This document shows, one piece after another, positions 60,917-64,000 of a DNA stretch of 64,000 nucleotides. The translations under genes were made by a program, and so were the position numbers. This DNA comes from Candidatus Poribacteria bacterium (lineage in GTDB: Bacteria; Poribacteria; WGA-4E; UBA9662). The stretch lies in contig JAYGDX010000027.1 of assembly GCA_046582655.1 (NCBI GenBank), positions 32,001-96,000 of the forward strand. Reading direction: 5' to 3'. Numbering within the stretch: position 1 is the stretch's first letter; each line of letters opens with the position of its first letter. The notes under the pieces are model-generated. The model was not told the DNA's origin. It saw only the letters and a program-made list of their open reading frames with translations, and ran no database searches.

Positions 60917-61993
60917 GTGTTTTCAAGGATGGCTAATATGCTGTTTCGAAAGCTTGGAGTTTTTCAGATTCAGGTGGTTGCCTGTATCATTTTGCAAGCA
61001 GTAGGTTGTGGAGGGGGGTCTTCTGAAACGAGTCAAGGTTTTCCTGATCAAGGAGCAGAAGCGATTAATATGCTTCAACTACCACCGTATGTTAAATTTG
61101 ATATTAAGCTCAAAAGATATGTGCGGTCGAGTAGGAGGGAAGCAGATATGATTCTAATTCCCGGCGGGGAATTTTTTATGGGAAGTTCTGACTTCATGTC
61201 TGAACAGATCTCTTCTGCCTATTCCATGACTTTTTGGGATGAAATGCCACAGCATATTGTTAACCTCGAAGCGTTTTATATTGACAAATATGAAGTTACA
61301 AATACCGAGTACAGCTTGTATTTAAAAGACCCCAGTTCGGGACCAGTGCAAGAACCAAAGTTTTGGAAAAATCCTAAGTTCAACCATCCGGCACAACCTG
61401 TGATTGGTGTCACTTGGCAGGAAGCGTTCGACTATGCACAGTCTTATGGTAAACGTTTACTTTCTGAGGCGGAATGGGAGAAAGCTGCCTCGTGGTCAGG
61501 TGAAGGAAAAGGGCGTTTGGATTCAGGATACGCGCGAGTCTATCCGTGGGGAAACACGTTTTCTGACGAACGCTTGAACTACAACGCAAACCGTGACGGT
61601 CCGACCAAAGTTGGGCAGTTCCCGTTGGGTGAAAGCAGATATGGTGTACAGGATATGGCAGGTAACGTGTCTGAATGGGTACGGGATGTTTACAATAAAG
61701 AAATTTACCAGTCACAAAGCAGCGTAACGGCAATACTTAAAGCCAATGAGGAAAATGCCACAAGATTTAATGAACAGGGCTTCGAGGATTCGGCGGGATT
61801 TGAACATCGGGTGCATCGTGGAGGGAAGTGGAACAGTTGGAAATTGAAAGAGTTGGATGTTCGTTGCGCACGAAGACTTCACGCAGTGAGGGGCACACAG
61901 GATCCGGGTATCGGCTTTCGTTGCGCAGTTGATGCTAAGGTTGTATACAATGATATCTCGACATTGCGTTCCCCAACTGAAATTATTGAGTAG
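60917..61993 (+). CDS. SUMF1/FGE-sulfatase family protein, probable lipoprotein
   Basis: IPGGEFFMGS, FYIDKYEVTN, PVIGVTW, RLLSEAEWEKAA, DMAGNVSEW, RGG, IGFRC; AVGC lipobox-like motif. Confidence 0.9.
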   Translation: MFSRMANMLFRKLGVFQIQVVACIILQAVGCGGGSSETSQGFPDQGAEAINMLQLPPYVKFDIKLKRYVRSSRREADMILIPGGEFFMGSSDFMSEQISSAYSMTFWDEMPQHIVNLEAFYIDKYEVTNTEYSLYLKDPSSGPVQEPKFWKNPKFNHPAQPVIGVTWQEAFDYAQSYGKRLLSEAEWEKAASWSGEGKGRLDSGYARVYPWGNTFSDERLNYNANRDGPTKVGQFPLGESRYGVQDMAGNVSEWVRDVYNKEIYQSQSSVTAILKANEENATRFNEQGFEDSAGFEHRVHRGGKWNSWKLKELDVRCARRLHAVRGTQDPGIGFRCAVDAKVVYNDISTLRSPTEIIE

Positions 61994-62019
61994 CTTGTAA
62001 CCAGATAAGACAACAATAA

Positions 62020-63477
62020 ATGGCAATTAGAAGAAAACATTTTCGTTATCGTGATATAGATGAACTGCGAACTGAGATTGAAAAACTTGGTCTATCCATC
62101 TGTTTAGAGAATCAGATAGAGAAACTACTTGAGCCTGTCAGTGTCGGTCACAAAACCGCTGGTAATGCTTTCGGAATTCATCCAATGGAAGGTTGCGATT
62201 GTACTGCAGATGGCAGGCCTGGCGAATTAACCATACGGCGTTGGGAGCGGTTCGGAACTGGTGGTTCGAAGTTGATCTGGGGCGAAGCAACGGCTGTCCT
62301 CGATGAAGCCAAAGCAAATAGCCGACAGTTGCTAATCAGTAGGGATACGGTCGGCTCAATTGCATCAATGCTTGAGCTTACCCGAACAGTACATCGAAAT
62401 ACATTTGGTTCAAATGAAGAAATCATCGTTGGTATGCAGTTGACACACTCAGGGCGATACAGCTATCAGAAACCGATGATTGCATTTCGACATCCGGTCG
62501 TTGATCAAATCACCTTGCTCGATAAAAAGAAAAAAATTCCTATTCCCAACGATTATCCAGTTATAAGTGACGATTACCTAGAGCGGCTTGAGGATGTTTA
62601 TGTTGAGGCAGCTAAACTCGCATGGCAGATTGGGTTTGATTTCGTTGATCTAAAACAGTGTCACTCTTACCTGTTGAACGAGTTGTTGGCTGCAAAAACA
62701 CGTAAAGGTAAATATGGTGGTAGTTTTGAAAATCGAACTCGCTTTATTCGTAATGTAATTGGCAAGATCCAGGCTGAAATTGGGAATGATTTGATTCTCG
62801 CGAGTCGATTGAATGTCTATGATGGAGTTGCCTATATGCGGGATACTGATACGGGGATCGGTACGCCAAGTGAAATGCTTAAAATGTATCCTTATGGTTT
62901 TGGTGTTGATGAAGATGATCCTCCCAACTCGGATATGACCGAGCCAAAGAAATTGATCAGACTGCTGAAGGAACTTGGAATTGAACTAATCAATGTGTCA
63001 ATGGGTAGCCCCTACTATAATCCACATATCGGGCGTCCGTTTGAGAGGCCACCGATTGATGGTTATGAAACACCTGAACATCCGTTGATTGGGGTTGATC
63101 GTCATTTTCGGCTGACAAGACAGGTTCAGCAGGACAATCCAAATCTACCGATTGTTGGCACCGGCTATAGTTGGCTGCAAAATTATGTGGTCAATGCTGG
63201 AGAAGCTAATGTTCGGAATGGACATGTTAGCTTTGTCGCCGTTGGTCGAGGTGCTTTAGCTTACCCGGATTTTGCTAAAGATACGATTGAAAATGGTGGT
63301 ATGTTGAAGAAAAAATCCTGTGTTGCTGTTAGCTATTGCACTGCCCTTATGAGAGCGAAAGCAACCCCACTTGGTCAGTACCCTGCTGGTTGTGTACCTC
63401 GTGATAAGGTTTATGCCCCAATCTATAAGGAAGCGGAAAAAGCACTCACCAACAAAAATGAGACCCGCGCGAACTAG
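62020..63477 (+). CDS. NADH:flavin oxidoreductase (Old Yellow Enzyme family)
   Basis: HPMEGCD, QLTHSGR, GFDFVDLKQCHSYL, YGGSFENRTRF. Confidence 0.9.
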   Translation: MAIRRKHFRYRDIDELRTEIEKLGLSICLENQIEKLLEPVSVGHKTAGNAFGIHPMEGCDCTADGRPGELTIRRWERFGTGGSKLIWGEATAVLDEAKANSRQLLISRDTVGSIASMLELTRTVHRNTFGSNEEIIVGMQLTHSGRYSYQKPMIAFRHPVVDQITLLDKKKKIPIPNDYPVISDDYLERLEDVYVEAAKLAWQIGFDFVDLKQCHSYLLNELLAAKTRKGKYGGSFENRTRFIRNVIGKIQAEIGNDLILASRLNVYDGVAYMRDTDTGIGTPSEMLKMYPYGFGVDEDDPPNSDMTEPKKLIRLLKELGIELINVSMGSPYYNPHIGRPFERPPIDGYETPEHPLIGVDRHFRLTRQVQQDNPNLPIVGTGYSWLQNYVVNAGEANVRNGHVSFVAVGRGALAYPDFAKDTIENGGMLKKKSCVAVSYCTALMRAKATPLGQYPAGCVPRDKVYAPIYKEAEKALTNKNETRAN

Positions 63478-64000
63478 CCTGTTTCACGGATCAAATCAAC
63501 CATTTGAAATTTATCAATGTAAGATTGAACCATCCGATGTGGGCGAAGTACTTGTTAAAGTCAACCTTGCTGCTATTTGTGGATCTGACTTGCATACCTT
63601 TACCGGACGTCGAACGTCTCCTATTCCTTGTATCCTTGGGCATGAGGCTGTTGGTCAAGTAGCGGAATCGACTGACGTCACCGACTTTAACGGAAACACT
63701 CTGAATGAAGGAGATCGAATAACGTGGAGTATCGTGTCCTCTTGTGGGACTTGTCTAAATTGCACAAGCTATCAGCTGCCGCAGAAGTGTGAAACGCTCT
63801 CAAAATATGGTCATGCTCAGAGGTCTCTCCCACGTGACCTGAATGGTGGATTTGCCCAATATATCCGTTTGCAACCAGGCACAGCCATTTTCCGGCTACC
63901 AGATTCTATGGCAGATAGTGAATCGGTCTCACTCAATTGTGCTCTTTCAACGGTCATAGCTGGGTTAAATGTAATCGATATTGGTGATAGCGTTGTGATT
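63458..64000 (+). CDS. Zinc-binding alcohol dehydrogenase (HpnZ-like), partial, runs off the window
   Basis: Hand translation from ATG 63458: ICGSDLHTFTG, LGHEAVG, CGTCLNC...PQKC, GGFAQY, LNCALST. Confidence 0.85.
   Translation, partial: MRPARTSLFHGSNQPFEIYQCKIEPSDVGEVLVKVNLAAICGSDLHTFTGRRTSPIPCILGHEAVGQVAESTDVTDFNGNTLNEGDRITWSIVSSCGTCLNCTSYQLPQKCETLSKYGHAQRSLPRDLNGGFAQYIRLQPGTAIFRLPDSMADSESVSLNCALSTVIAGLNVIDIGDSVVI

Noticed and set aside
60917..61993. FGE-family gene as a DGR target or true sulfatase maturase
   Set aside because: No reverse transcriptase or template repeat in the window, and the catalytic CxxxxC motif of active FGE is not visible.

Overview
This is a roughly 40-45% GC bacterial chromosomal window. 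The likely source is Candidatus Poribacteria or a relative, inferred from the dockerin plus 'LLQNYPNPFNPETWIPF' C-terminal secreted protein, paired PhyH dioxygenases, Gfo/Idh/MocA paralogues and a sulfatase. It opens with a >1950-aa SprA/Sov-like outer-membrane translocon gene (5878 to <1, minus strand), which the ORF track misses because it runs off the window edge. Housekeeping and metabolic genes follow: orphan fliG, RNase J, leuS, cold-shock protein, tricorn protease, aconitase, folA-thyA and a hydroxyacid-oxoacid transhydrogenase. A decayed zone at 33-39 kb holds several pseudogenes and IS5/IS701 remnants. Two multi-gene modules stand out. (1) A six-gene envelope operon at 39.4-45.0 kb: tail-anchored hypothetical, lipoprotein with an Arg/Ser-rich tail ending GGSRGFGK, DUF4178-like, DUF350, DUF2617-like and a membrane-fused polyamine aminopropyltransferase. 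(2) A Tat-exported PaoABC-like molybdoenzyme followed by two Cys-rich accessory genes at 50.9-55.8 kb. Two MITE families and IS5, IS701 and IS30 remnants are present. I recognised no rRNA, tRNA or CRISPR array. All family assignments are from recognised motifs; no searches were run.
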